Sequence record: NC_070966.1
Length of the DNA stretch: 64,000 nucleotides
Strand: one strand, 5' to 3'
Shown one piece after another: positions 8,450 to 15,758 of this stretch (positions are counted from its first letter, which is position 1; each line of letters starts with the position of its first letter). The notes under the pieces are model-generated. The model searched no databases, had not been told where the DNA came from, and saw only the letters and a list, made by a program, of their open reading frames with translations. Both the position numbers and the translations under genes were made by a program.

Positions 8450-8640
8450 GTTAACGAGGCCACCGTATCTAGATTAATCTACCTCACAGGTATCTAGATC
8501 GTAGTGAGTTTGAGCGGAGCAGTCTTAACTGCATCGTTGTGGTCCCATCGATAATGCGGTCCTGAGATGGGATAGGACTCTATCTGAGTGCACAAGGATA
8601 GATGCACCTAAGCGGTCTCTGCGATGAGATCCACCGCTCC
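8450..8640 (+). ncRNA. candidate multibranch structured RNA
   Basis: GAGCGG(8512)/CCGCTC(8634) closes four hairpins (GCAGT/ACTGC, TCCCATC/GATGGGA, CTATCT/GGATAG, GGTCTC/GAGATC); upstream ATCTAGAT pair; no ORF. Confidence 0.5.
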
Positions 8641-8704
8641 ATAATCTGTAATCTTGATGTGAACAGTGTCGTAGATATCTCATCAGTAATATCGAGTTAA
8701 TGAG

Positions 8705-9205
8705 ATGATGTATATCCGATACGCTTTATACTTACCAGTTAATCTACTACTTGTACTGTCAGCATATGTGTTCTCACCTATTCTAGCAGCACTTTCTCTT
8801 GTCACCGGTCCTACGCTTCCTGGAGTACTTCAATGGTTCTCTACTACGGATGACGATTTAGATGGTGGAATTCATCAAAATGTCTCAGGTTATAAGTCTG
8901 GACTCAAAGGATTCTCACTATGGTGGCAACGTACATGTTGGATCTGCAGAAATCCTGCTCATGGGTGGCAGTCTAACTTACTAGGCATGTCTGTTGATGG
9001 ATTCGAATTTATCGAGAAGATCGATATTTCTACTCCTAAATGGTATCTGATGAAGAACAACAAGCATACGTTCTTCATGTGGAAGAAGGATCAACGTCTC
9101 TTCTCCAAGTACTATCTGAAACTATGGTTCGGATGGCTGAATACTGCATATGATGGTAAGAATCATCATTATGAATTTCAGATTGGATTGAAGAGTAAGA
9201 ATTAA
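8705..9205 (+). CDS. hypothetical membrane protein
   Basis: Hydrophobic N-terminal helix; Trp-rich 'WWQRTCWICRNPAHG'. Confidence 0.75.
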   Translation: MMYIRYALYLPVNLLLVLSAYVFSPILAALSLVTGPTLPGVLQWFSTTDDDLDGGIHQNVSGYKSGLKGFSLWWQRTCWICRNPAHGWQSNLLGMSVDGFEFIEKIDISTPKWYLMKNNKHTFFMWKKDQRLFSKYYLKLWFGWLNTAYDGKNHHYEFQIGLKSKN

Positions 9206-9206
9206 C

Positions 9207-9294
9207 GACCCTGTGACGGAGTGGTTGAACGTGCCGGTCTGCAAAATCGGTGGCATGAATTTGTCCGCGAGTTCGAATCTCGCTAGGGTCTCCA
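9207..9294 (+). tRNA. tRNA-Cys(GCA) with a long variable arm
   Basis: GACCCTG/TAGGGTC-TCCA (U73); arm CCGGT-CTGCAAA-ATCGG; 16-nt variable region containing GGCA/TGTC. Confidence 0.85.
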
Positions 9295-9304
9295 AGGTTA
9301 AACT

Positions 9305-9415
9305 ATGAAGTATGCAATCATTCTAGCACTTCTTCTAGCAGGATGTCAATCTGCTGAAGAGCGTTACTATTCAGATTTGTCTACAGGTGTAGGCATGGTT
9401 CTAAAGGATAAATAA
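9305..9415 (+). CDS. small lipoprotein (36 aa; not in the ORF track)
   Basis: MKYAIILALLLAGCQS: signal peptide with LAGC lipobox; SD 'aaggt' upstream. Confidence 0.65.
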   Translation: MKYAIILALLLAGCQSAEERYYSDLSTGVGMVLKDK

Positions 9416-9532
9416 ATGTCAACTATTATTGTTGCAGTTGTAGCATTCATTGCAGGTGGATACGCTAGTAAGAATTTTGGATTCGATCTAGTTGAGTATG
9501 CCAAGGCTGCTTATAACAAGTTTAAGGCATAA
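9416..9532 (+). CDS. small membrane protein (38 aa; not in the ORF track)
   Basis: [19 protein letters not shown]...; ATG immediately follows the previous TAA. Confidence 0.6.
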   Translation: MSTIIVAVVAFIAGGYASKNFGFDLVEYAKAAYNKFKA

Positions 9533-9541
9533 TGCCTTTGT

Positions 9542-9618
9542 CGGAGCGTAGCGCAGCCAGGTAGCGCAATAGTTTTGGGTACTATGGGTCGTCTGTTCGA
9601 ATCAGACCGTTCCGACCA
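9542..9618 (+). tRNA. tRNA-Pro(TGG)
   Basis: CGGAGCG/CGTTCCG-ACCA; loop TTTGGGT. Confidence 0.95.
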
Positions 9619-9620
9619 AT

Positions 9621-9697
9621 ATTCCCTTGGACAAGCGGTTTAAGTCATCTCACTTTCACTGAGAAGATCACGGGTTCAAATCCCGTAGGGAATACCA
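9621..9697 (+). tRNA. tRNA-Glu(TTC)
   Basis: ATTCCCT/AGGGAAT-ACCA; loop CTTTCAC. Confidence 0.93.
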
Positions 9698-9699
9698 AT

Positions 9700-9730
9700 T
9701 TCAGCGAAGTTAGGCTCTTGTAGCCTTCCT
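9700..9730 (+). promoter_or_regulatory. conserved intergenic motif, copy 3
   Basis: TTCAGCGAAG ttaggctcttg TAGCCTTCCT. Confidence 0.6.
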
Positions 9731-9795
9731 TCTTGTATCGGTTAGTAGTGTCAATCCGAGCTATTAATGTGAGTATTAAGTATCGGATTCTATGA

Positions 9796-9892
9796 TCGAG
9801 AGTGGTGGAACGGTAGACACATCCAGATAAAAGAGCAGTTTCTGGACGCTACTTAAATATGCGTGCTAGTTCAAGTCTAGCCTCTCGAACCA
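9796..9892 (+). tRNA. aberrant Leu-type tRNA with a 14-nt anticodon loop (no assignable anticodon)
   Basis: TCGAGAG/CTCTCGA-ACCA, Leu-like D arm and long variable arm, normal T arm; anticodon arm TCCAG-ATAAAAGAGCAGTT-CTGGA. Confidence 0.7.
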
Positions 9893-9926
9893 ATATTATA
9901 TGCTCATTCTTAGATAGGGATTACCA

Positions 9927-10688
9927 ATGGGTAAATTACATGAAATCCTCGCGGTTGAAGGTGACCTCGTAGGTGTAGCCAAGAAAGTTACTGAAGAAGC
10001 TATCGCTACGTTCAGCAAGCGTGCAGATCACTTCAGTGAGACTACTACTGAACAGAAATACTTTGCAGACGATGAGCAGCATCTCAATACGTCTGAATCT
10101 AAGGCAATGGTGACCACTGTACCTGACAAGCTCAAGTACATCGTTGATCCTATTGCTAAGTTCTTCGATGCGTACTATTCGAAGGAAGCTACCAATCAGA
10201 TCGCTAAGGCTGACGTAGAAGTCAAGGGTACAACGATCTTTGCAGATGTTCCAGCAACGGTTCTCCTAGGTATGGAGACTAAGCTTCGTGAACTCCGTAA
10301 GGTCTATGAATCGATTCCGACTCTCGCTCCTGGTGTATTCTGGGAGAAGGATGTTAATCGTCCGGCAGGTGTATACCGTGCTCGTGAACCTGAAGTCCGA
10401 TTCGTTACGAAGAAGACTGTACGTCCGATCACTCTTTCACCTGCTACTGACAAGCATCCTGCTCAGATTGAGAAGGTCAATGAAGATCTTCCTGTCGCTA
10501 AGAAGACGATTACTACCTGGAGTAGTATGATGTCGTCAGCTGACAAGAGCAAGGTCCTCGAACGTATCGATACTCTGATCCGTGCAGTTAAGACTGCTCG
10601 TCAGCGTGCAAACGGTACTGAGGCAGTATCTGCTTCATCCTTCGGTGATAAGATTTTCGACTTTATCCATCAAGGTATCGTCGACTAA
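9927..10688 (+). CDS. conserved-looking hypothetical protein (253 aa) followed by structured RNAs
   Basis: Strong ORF with SD; 'LSPATDKHPAQIEKV' and 'AVKTARQRAN' resemble a bacterial family I recall as DUF7873-like (unverified). Confidence 0.75.
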   Translation: MGKLHEILAVEGDLVGVAKKVTEEAIATFSKRADHFSETTTEQKYFADDEQHLNTSESKAMVTTVPDKLKYIVDPIAKFFDAYYSKEATNQIAKADVEVKGTTIFADVPATVLLGMETKLRELRKVYESIPTLAPGVFWEKDVNRPAGVYRAREPEVRFVTKKTVRPITLSPATDKHPAQIEKVNEDLPVAKKTITTWSSMMSSADKSKVLERIDTLIRAVKTARQRANGTEAVSASSFGDKIFDFIHQGIVD

Positions 10689-10736
10689 GAATTGAATGTT
10701 GAGGCTACCAGCATAGCCTCCATTCTCCGACTCCCA

Positions 10737-10826
10737 TAGGGACAAACTCAGCCTTAAACTTATTGTGAGTATCAAGAATTTATCTTCTGCTCAAGATAAA
10801 CAAACTAGCTTTGTATCCCTAAAACT
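10737..10826 (+). ncRNA. structured segment with four AAACT repeats
   Basis: TAGGGAC..AA/TTTGTATCCCTA closure; AAACT at 10744, 10756, 10802, 10822; inner TTTATCTT/AAGATAAA hairpin. Confidence 0.4.
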
Positions 10827-10847
10827 TAGACAAGATTTACCAGATCT

Positions 10848-10990
10848 AGTCGTAGCATATCTCTATTTTCCCGGAAGGTCGTGAGTTCGAGTCTCATCAC
10901 CGCACCCAATTACCTACAATTGGACTGATGCGGTGTAGCTCAGTGGTAGAGCGTTCGTTTTATCTTGAAGATATCCTATCGATGATGACT
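10848..10990 (+). ncRNA. divergent Y-RNA-like RNA with a circularly permuted tRNA module
   Basis: T arm GTGAG-TTCGAGT-CTCAT, then acceptor CACCGCA...TGCGGTG closed internally, then D arm TAGCTCAGTGGTAGAGC; outer ATATCT/AGATAT and AGTCGT/ATGACT stems. Confidence 0.7.
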
Positions 10991-11142
10991 GTATGAATCT
11001 ATCGTAACGATTAAATATGCTCCGCGATAGGAGTGTATGTTACATTAACAAGAACAGGGTGGTTCCATGCGGAATGTGGTTCCACCCACCTCTTCTTATA
11101 TAAGATCATTCGGATTTTATATAATAAGAATTTGAGGTTTAC

Positions 11143-11430
11143 ATGAGTAAGGCATCAAGATTACTTAGCAAGATCAATGAATTGGACGGTGGATCTAAGG
11201 ACCCACTGGTTCAATCAGGTTGTGCTAAGATTGTAGCTTATTGTCAGAAGAAGAGTCTTAGTGCTACTGAGATTGAGCAGATTAAGGATCAGATTCTTGA
11301 CGACGAGCCTCTTCACAATCATACTGCAGATACACTAGCTGCAATCGGTCTTGATATGAATATCAAGTCTGAGCTTGTAGCGATTGGTCTCAGTAGTGAT
11401 GAAGCTGATGCGATTATGAATGTAACCTAA
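11143..11430 (+). CDS. hypothetical protein, MSKAS...NE tag family
   Basis: MSKASRLLSKINE; SD 'gaggt'. Confidence 0.75.
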   Translation: MSKASRLLSKINELDGGSKDPLVQSGCAKIVAYCQKKSLSATEIEQIKDQILDDEPLHNHTADTLAAIGLDMNIKSELVAIGLSSDEADAIMNVT

Positions 11431-11437
11431 CAGACAT

Positions 11438-11511
11438 GCTCCTATAGTTAAGTGGTATAACTCCTGTTTTGTAATCAGGGTTCCTCAGTTCGATTCTGGG
11501 TGGGAGCACCA
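11438..11511 (+). tRNA. tRNA-Thr(TGT)
   Basis: GCTCCTA/TGGGAGC-ACCA; loop TTTGTAA. Confidence 0.92.
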
Positions 11512-11563
11512 TGATTTCTTGAATCCTAACTCATAGTGAGTTAGAGATAACAAGGAAGATAAA

Positions 11564-11860
11564 ATGAGTGATGAAGTTAATAAGACTGTCGTAACTAGAG
11601 AAGAACATCGAGGTACTGCTTGTAAGTACTATGATACTCGTGGTAAAGCATACGATGCTATTATCACTGAAGTATGGGGACCTCAATGCGTCAACCTTGT
11701 CTATGTCAATGATGTAGAAGGTCAGAAAGATTCTTATGGTCAGAAATTGATCAGATCATGTTCTGTGATGCATGGTAGTGTTCAGCAAGCTCATGGCAAC
11801 TATTGGATGTTACCAGGAGAGACTCGAGTTTCTAAATATGTTCATGATTCAGCTATTTAA
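11564..11860 (+). CDS. hypothetical protein
   Basis: SD 'aaggaag'; compact ORF. Confidence 0.75.
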   Translation: MSDEVNKTVVTREEHRGTACKYYDTRGKAYDAIITEVWGPQCVNLVYVNDVEGQKDSYGQKLIRSCSVMHGSVQQAHGNYWMLPGETRVSKYVHDSAI

Positions 11861-11925
11861 TTAACTTCTGTGATCTTCCGACCTTGACGCGACGAAGTAG
11901 CAGATAACTTATAAACTTTCTTGTT

Positions 11926-12513
11926 ATGTTTTATACTATCTATCGAATAACCAACAATGTTAACAGTAAGATATATGTTGGTATGCACCAGACTACTAAT
12001 TTAGATGACGGTTATATGGGATCGAGCAGATTATTGTTCAATGCTATGAAGAAGCACGGTCCTGATAACTTCTCTAAAGAGATTCTACATGTCTTTGATA
12101 ATAAAGAAGACATGTTTAGTATGGAAGCACAGATAGTAGACGAACAATTTGTTAAAAGATCTGATACATACAACCTAAAGACAGGTGGAGTAGGATCTTT
12201 TAGCTACATTAATTCATCTCCTGAATTTCGACAAAGGTCAATTTCAAGAATTCGTGAATTATGTAAGTCTGATACACCGTATCGTAGAATTCAATCTAAT
12301 AAATTGAAAGATGTTCGATACGATTTCACTGGTCATAAGCATACTGAAGAATCGATCTCTAAGATGAAAATATCTAAGGTCGGTCACGGAGAGGGTTCTT
12401 CGAATTCTCAGTATGGGACGATCTGGATTAATAATGGAGTGAAGAACTCTAAACTTAAATCTAATCTACCTATTCCAGATGGTTGGAGTAGAGGTAGAAA
12501 GATGGGCTTGTAG
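11926..12513 (+). CDS. GIY-YIG homing endonuclease (Seg-like, NUMOD3-type C-terminus)
   Basis: 'TIYRITNNVNSKIYVGMH...YMGS', 'TYNLKTGG', 'GHKHTEESISKM', 'NSQYGTIWINNG'. Confidence 0.9.
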   Translation: MFYTIYRITNNVNSKIYVGMHQTTNLDDGYMGSSRLLFNAMKKHGPDNFSKEILHVFDNKEDMFSMEAQIVDEQFVKRSDTYNLKTGGVGSFSYINSSPEFRQRSISRIRELCKSDTPYRRIQSNKLKDVRYDFTGHKHTEESISKMKISKVGHGEGSSNSQYGTIWINNGVKNSKLKSNLPIPDGWSRGRKMGL

Positions 12514-12578
12514 TGATAACGGGAGCACGATGCCTTTGCACGGCATAGGACAGGGTTCGATTCCCTGCTAGTCCACCA
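12504..12578 (+). tRNA. tRNA-Ala(TGC)
   Basis: GGGCTTG/CTAGTCC-ACCA with G3:U70; loop TTTGCAC. Confidence 0.93.
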
Positions 12579-12630
12579 CATTAGGTCGTATCAACCTGAG
12601 GTTAACCGTAGTTACTCAAACTGATACAAT

Positions 12631-12717
12631 GGGATTTCAGACGTGTTGGAGTGCGATCGGCAGACTGTAAATCTGTCCTCTTAGAGCTACTAGGTTCGAA
12701 TCCTAGAAGTCCCACCA
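12631..12717 (+). tRNA. tRNA-Tyr(GTA)
   Basis: GGGATTT/AAGTCCC-ACCA; loop CTGTAAA; long variable arm. Confidence 0.9.
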
Positions 12718-12722
12718 TATTT

Positions 12723-12764
12723 ATAGCCTCATATCGGAGCAATCTGGTATGAGGCTATTTCTTT
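12723..12764 (+). terminator. probable intrinsic terminator
   Basis: ATAGCCTCATATCGGA-GCAA-TCTGGTATGAGGCTAT followed by TTCTTT. Confidence 0.7.
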
Positions 12765-12838
12765 CATGTTAAAGAGAGGGGCGATGTATTATGATCGTTA
12801 CGACATCTTCTAGGTAAAACAACCTAGGAGTATAAAGC

Positions 12839-13141
12839 ATGAAGTCGCATTATATTAAGTCTGAGAAGTTTCGTTGGAATCGAGACGATAAGATCGAATA
12901 TATTTACAAGCTCAGAGCTGGTAATTATTACCGTGATCTTAAGACCTTTCAGGAGATCTCTGCGAATGAGTTCGTTAAGTTTGATCCTGACTGTATCGAG
13001 TATAAGATTCCTCCTCGTTATGGACGACTTAATCATTACTTGAACAAGTGGAATCTTGAGAGATTTCCTTCTAAGTCTTATAAGAAGTCTTGGAAGTTTG
13101 CTCACAGATGCCGTAAGCAATGGATGATCAATCTTGAATAA
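12839..13141 (+). CDS. hypothetical basic protein
   Basis: SD 'aggag'; overlaps the next ORF. Confidence 0.7.
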   Translation: MKSHYIKSEKFRWNRDDKIEYIYKLRAGNYYRDLKTFQEISANEFVKFDPDCIEYKIPPRYGRLNHYLNKWNLERFPSKSYKKSWKFAHRCRKQWMINLE

Positions 13142-13319
13142 GATGACATTCGATGATTGGTGTGATCAGGTCGATACTGTAGCGAGTAAAGCTATGGGAG
13201 GACCTGAATCATACACTAAGGCCACTGGCAGAGAATGCTGGATGGATATGTATAACGATGGATTCACTCCTGAAGATGCATGGACTGAAGAGTCTTTATG
13301 TATTCAGGAGTCCCTTTAA
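13134..13319 (+). CDS. hypothetical protein
   Basis: Small acidic ORF overlapping the previous stop. Confidence 0.65.
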   Translation: MNKMTFDDWCDQVDTVASKAMGGPESYTKATGRECWMDMYNDGFTPEDAWTEESLCIQESL

Positions 13320-13337
13320 TTCTAGATGGATAAGTTA

Positions 13338-13481
13338 ATGAATTTTCTCGGTAAAATCTTTTCTGCAGATTCTAAGAAGCTGGATGACGCGAAGGCTCTT
13401 CTTGCAGAAGTAACTGCATCGAAGAATCGTATCATCAATAATGATCTTAAGGGTCGTATTGAGACTTTCTTGAGTGCATGA
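13338..13481 (+). CDS. small hypothetical protein (47 aa; not in the ORF track)
   Basis: MNFLGKIFSADSKKLDDAK...; 'ggataag' upstream. Confidence 0.55.
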   Translation: MNFLGKIFSADSKKLDDAKALLAEVTASKNRIINNDLKGRIETFLSA

Positions 13482-13520
13482 GATAGAAGGCTAAAAGACG
13501 CGAATTATTCGCCTAGATTG

Positions 13521-13548
13521 AGCGAACTTAGCGTCTGATAGCCTTCCT
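13521..13548 (+). promoter_or_regulatory. conserved intergenic motif, copy 4 (3' arm of a long hairpin at 13486-13546)
   Basis: AGCGAAC ttagcgtctga TAGCCTTCCT; inverted partner GAAGGCTA..AGACGC..TTCGC upstream. Confidence 0.55.
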
Positions 13549-13565
13549 TCTTTGTCAGACGGTGA

Positions 13566-13641
13566 TGGCTAGTAGCTCAGTTGGTAGAGCATTGCACTGT
13601 TAATGCGACGGTCGTAGGTTCGAGCCCTACCTAGTCAGCCA
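13566..13641 (+). tRNA. tRNA-Asn(GTT)
   Basis: TGGCTAG/CTAGTCA-GCCA; loop CTGTTAA. Confidence 0.95.
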
Positions 13642-13664
13642 GTCTGCTTATAAAGGATTCTTAG

Positions 13665-13871
13665 ATGGAACGTGTATATAGTTTAGTTTATGTTGCTATC
13701 ATTACAGCAGGTGTAGTCGCAGGTATCACAGCACTCACTCTACCTTTGTACTATGGTACGATTGATAGTAATCGTAAACAATCTGAGTTGTCAAGTAAGT
13801 GTGTTGACTCAGGAGGGTCCTGGATCGTAGGTCCTAATGGATACTACCAGTGTATTGCTGGTCGTAAGTAA
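13665..13871 (+). CDS. small membrane-anchored protein
   Basis: N-terminal TM helix; C-terminal C..SGG.W......C motif. Confidence 0.7.
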   Translation: MERVYSLVYVAIITAGVVAGITALTLPLYYGTIDSNRKQSELSSKCVDSGGSWIVGPNGYYQCIAGRK

Positions 13872-13880
13872 TGTGAATAA

Positions 13881-13972
13881 GGATAGTTGGCTGAGTCTGG
13901 TCTAAGGCGCTCGACTTGAAATCGAGAGGACGTGAGAGCGTTCCGTGGGTTCGAATCCTACACTATCCGCCA
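13881..13972 (+). tRNA. tRNA-Ser(TGA)
   Basis: GGATAGT/ACTATCC-GCCA; loop CTTGAAA; long variable arm. Confidence 0.93.
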
Positions 13973-13990
13973 TATTTATTATTGAGTATA

Positions 13991-14377
13991 ATGGATCAAA
14001 TAGTAAAGAAAAAGAGGACTAGACGTCCTGTTTCTTTAGAGACTAGAATGAAATTATCTGCTGCTCTTAAGGGTAAACCTCAGAGTAAAGTTTCTAATGA
14101 AGAGATTTTTGCAGATAATACTACTCATCCTAGACATCGTATTAAAGAAAGAATAATTCGAGATAATCTTATTCCATACGAGTGTGCAATCTGTGAAAAT
14201 GATGGTACATGGAATGGTGAACCTTTATCTTTACATCTAGACCATGAAAATGGTAAGAATAATGATAATCGTCTTGAGAATCTTAGATTCTTATGTCCTA
14301 ACTGTCATAGTCAAACAGATACTTATGCAGGTAAGAATAAGAAACGTAAGAGAATCAAGAGAGAAGAGCGTGTTTAG
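13991..14377 (+). CDS. HNH homing endonuclease (start moved to 13991; the track start at 13916 lies inside tRNA-Ser)
   Basis: CAICEN...LSLHLDHENGKNNDNRLENLRFLCPNCHSQT. Confidence 0.88.
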   Translation: MDQIVKKKRTRRPVSLETRMKLSAALKGKPQSKVSNEEIFADNTTHPRHRIKERIIRDNLIPYECAICENDGTWNGEPLSLHLDHENGKNNDNRLENLRFLCPNCHSQTDTYAGKNKKRKRIKREERV

Positions 14378-14441
14378 TTCAATGGTAGAATGCGAGTCTC
14401 CAAAACTTGATATGAGAGTTCGATTCTCTCAGCACGTGCCA
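14368..14441 (+). tRNA. tRNA-Trp(CCA)
   Basis: GCGTGTT/AGCACGT-GCCA; loop CTCCAAA. Confidence 0.9.
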
Positions 14442-14477
14442 ATTCTAGATATTAAATAAACACTTGGATAAGAAGAA

Positions 14478-15122
14478 ATGTCAAAAGCAAGAGATTTACT
14501 TAATACCTTGAATGAAGCTGATGATTGGAATATTCACAAGAAAGAGTTGAAGAAGGCTGGATTTGATCTCCATCCTAATCATCACGCTAATGTGAATATC
14601 AATCGTAACAACTATCCTCAGAATCGTGATATCTATACGGGTAAAATGAGTAATGGTCATACGATGGTTATTACTCAATTAACTCCGATTGATATGGATC
14701 GATACGCATCTGTTAAGGATGCTTCTGGTAAATTTATCAAGCACTACTACGTAGCTCCTGTTAAACCTACACTGAGTAAAAGTCCTGTATTAAAGTCTAC
14801 AGCGATCGGTAATGATCCTAAGACAGTACTTGAAGAAATCAAAGCAGCTATGAGAATGGTTCCAGAAGGACGTCAGGCTACCTTTAGATCTGTTGAACAG
14901 AATGGTAAGTACTATGAGTTCGATGTCAGATACTGGGGAAGCTGGGAAGTTCCTGATGGTGAAGACGATGATGGAGACTACGACTTTGAAGTCTTGACAT
15001 CTAAATCGTCTAAGTCACTTCAGAACATTGTTGAGCCTATCATTAAGAAATATCCAAGTCTAGATATCTACTATCAAACTGGAGAGAAGAATTATATTAC
15101 TGTTCATGCTACTGTAAAGTAG
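14478..15122 (+). CDS. hypothetical protein, MSKA...NE tag family
   Basis: MSKARDLLNTLNE N-terminus. Confidence 0.8.
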   Translation: MSKARDLLNTLNEADDWNIHKKELKKAGFDLHPNHHANVNINRNNYPQNRDIYTGKMSNGHTMVITQLTPIDMDRYASVKDASGKFIKHYYVAPVKPTLSKSPVLKSTAIGNDPKTVLEEIKAAMRMVPEGRQATFRSVEQNGKYYEFDVRYWGSWEVPDGEDDDGDYDFEVLTSKSSKSLQNIVEPIIKKYPSLDIYYQTGEKNYITVHATVK

Positions 15123-15132
15123 TTGACAGTAT

Positions 15133-15217
15133 GTCGGTATGGCGGAATTGGTAGACGCCCTGGTTTTAGGTACCAGTGTCGAAAGACGTGTAGGTTCGAG
15201 TCCTATTACCGACACCA
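15133..15217 (+). tRNA. tRNA-Leu(TAG)
   Basis: GTCGGTA/TACCGAC-ACCA; loop TTTAGGT; long variable arm. Confidence 0.95.
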
Positions 15218-15223
15218 AATTAT

Positions 15224-15358
15224 GACTTGATGTTGCGAAAGAAATGGTTACTTCGTATTCCAAACGAGAAATGTAGGTATCGAATCCTGCTATCCTAATA
15301 GGATATCGTCTAAGATAGGACGCTAAAATTTCCATTTCTGACACTATCTCATCAAGTC
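15224..15358 (+). ncRNA. Y-RNA-like unit 1 (permuted tRNA-Gly-like module)
   Basis: GACTTGATG-TTGCGA...TATCT-CATCAAGTC; inner AGAAATGG/CCATTTCT; loop ATTCCAA, then T arm, TATCC-TAATA-GGATA, then D arm. Confidence 0.75.
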
Positions 15359-15366
15359 TCATATTC

Positions 15367-15449
15367 AGATCTTGACGTTGCGACTAGTATCGGATACTTC
15401 GCTTTGGTTGCTAAAAACTCCGATGCAATATACTATCTCGTCAAGATCT
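15367..15449 (+). ncRNA. Y-RNA-like unit 2 (short; no T/D arms)
   Basis: AGATCTTGACG-TTGCGA...TATCT-CGTCAAGATCT; inner GTATCGGA/TCCGATGC; apical GC-TTTGGTT-GC. Confidence 0.7.
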
Positions 15450-15459
15450 TTCAGTTTAT

Positions 15460-15604
15460 CCTAACGTTGCGAATTAAACAGTTACTTCGATATCAAGCAG
15501 AAGGTCAATGGTTCGAATCCATTCATGCGACACGCGTTGCATGTAGCTCAGTTGGTTAGAGCGTCCGCCACCACAAGATCTGTTTAAGTCATTATCTCGT
15601 TAGG
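15460..15604 (+). ncRNA. Y-RNA-like unit 3 (permuted tRNA module)
   Basis: CCTAACG-TTGCGA...TATCT-CGTTAGG; TTAAACAG/CTGTTTAA; AATGG-TTCGAAT-CCATT, CATGCGAC/GTTGCATG, TAGCTCAGTTGGTTAGAGC. Confidence 0.8.
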
Positions 15605-15613
15605 TCCTTATAA

Positions 15614-15758
15614 CCTAGTGTTGCGATCGGTACAACTTCATCGCATTGTAAGCCCTGTGTCATTGGTTCAAATCCAATTCCTCCGTCCATCTATCGGAGG
15701 ATAGCTCAGTCTGGTAGAGCAAGGAAAGTATGTTGTATCAATATACCATCTCACTAGG
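15614..15758 (+). ncRNA. Y-RNA-like unit 4 (permuted tRNA-Thr-like module)
   Basis: CCTAGTG-TTGCGA...CATCT-CACTAGG; loop ATTGTAA; ATTGG-TTCAAAT-CCAAT, TCCTCCG/CGGAGGA, TAGCTCAGTCTGGTAGAGC. Confidence 0.8.

Noticed and set aside
6620-8700. tmRNA, RNase P RNA or SRP RNA as identities for the structured segments
   Set aside because: No tmRNA T-arm/CCA end or tag ORF, no RNase P P4 signature, and no SRP helix-8 motif could be found by eye.
11861-12513. Group I intron hosting the GIY-YIG gene
   Set aside because: No interrupted gene or tRNA halves flank it and no P7-like core is visible; it appears free-standing.
13916-13990. Track start of the HNH ORF; also 18066-18224, 20554-20637 and 49261-49368 extensions
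   Set aside because: The extensions run through tRNA genes or overlap upstream CDSs; downstream ATGs fit better.
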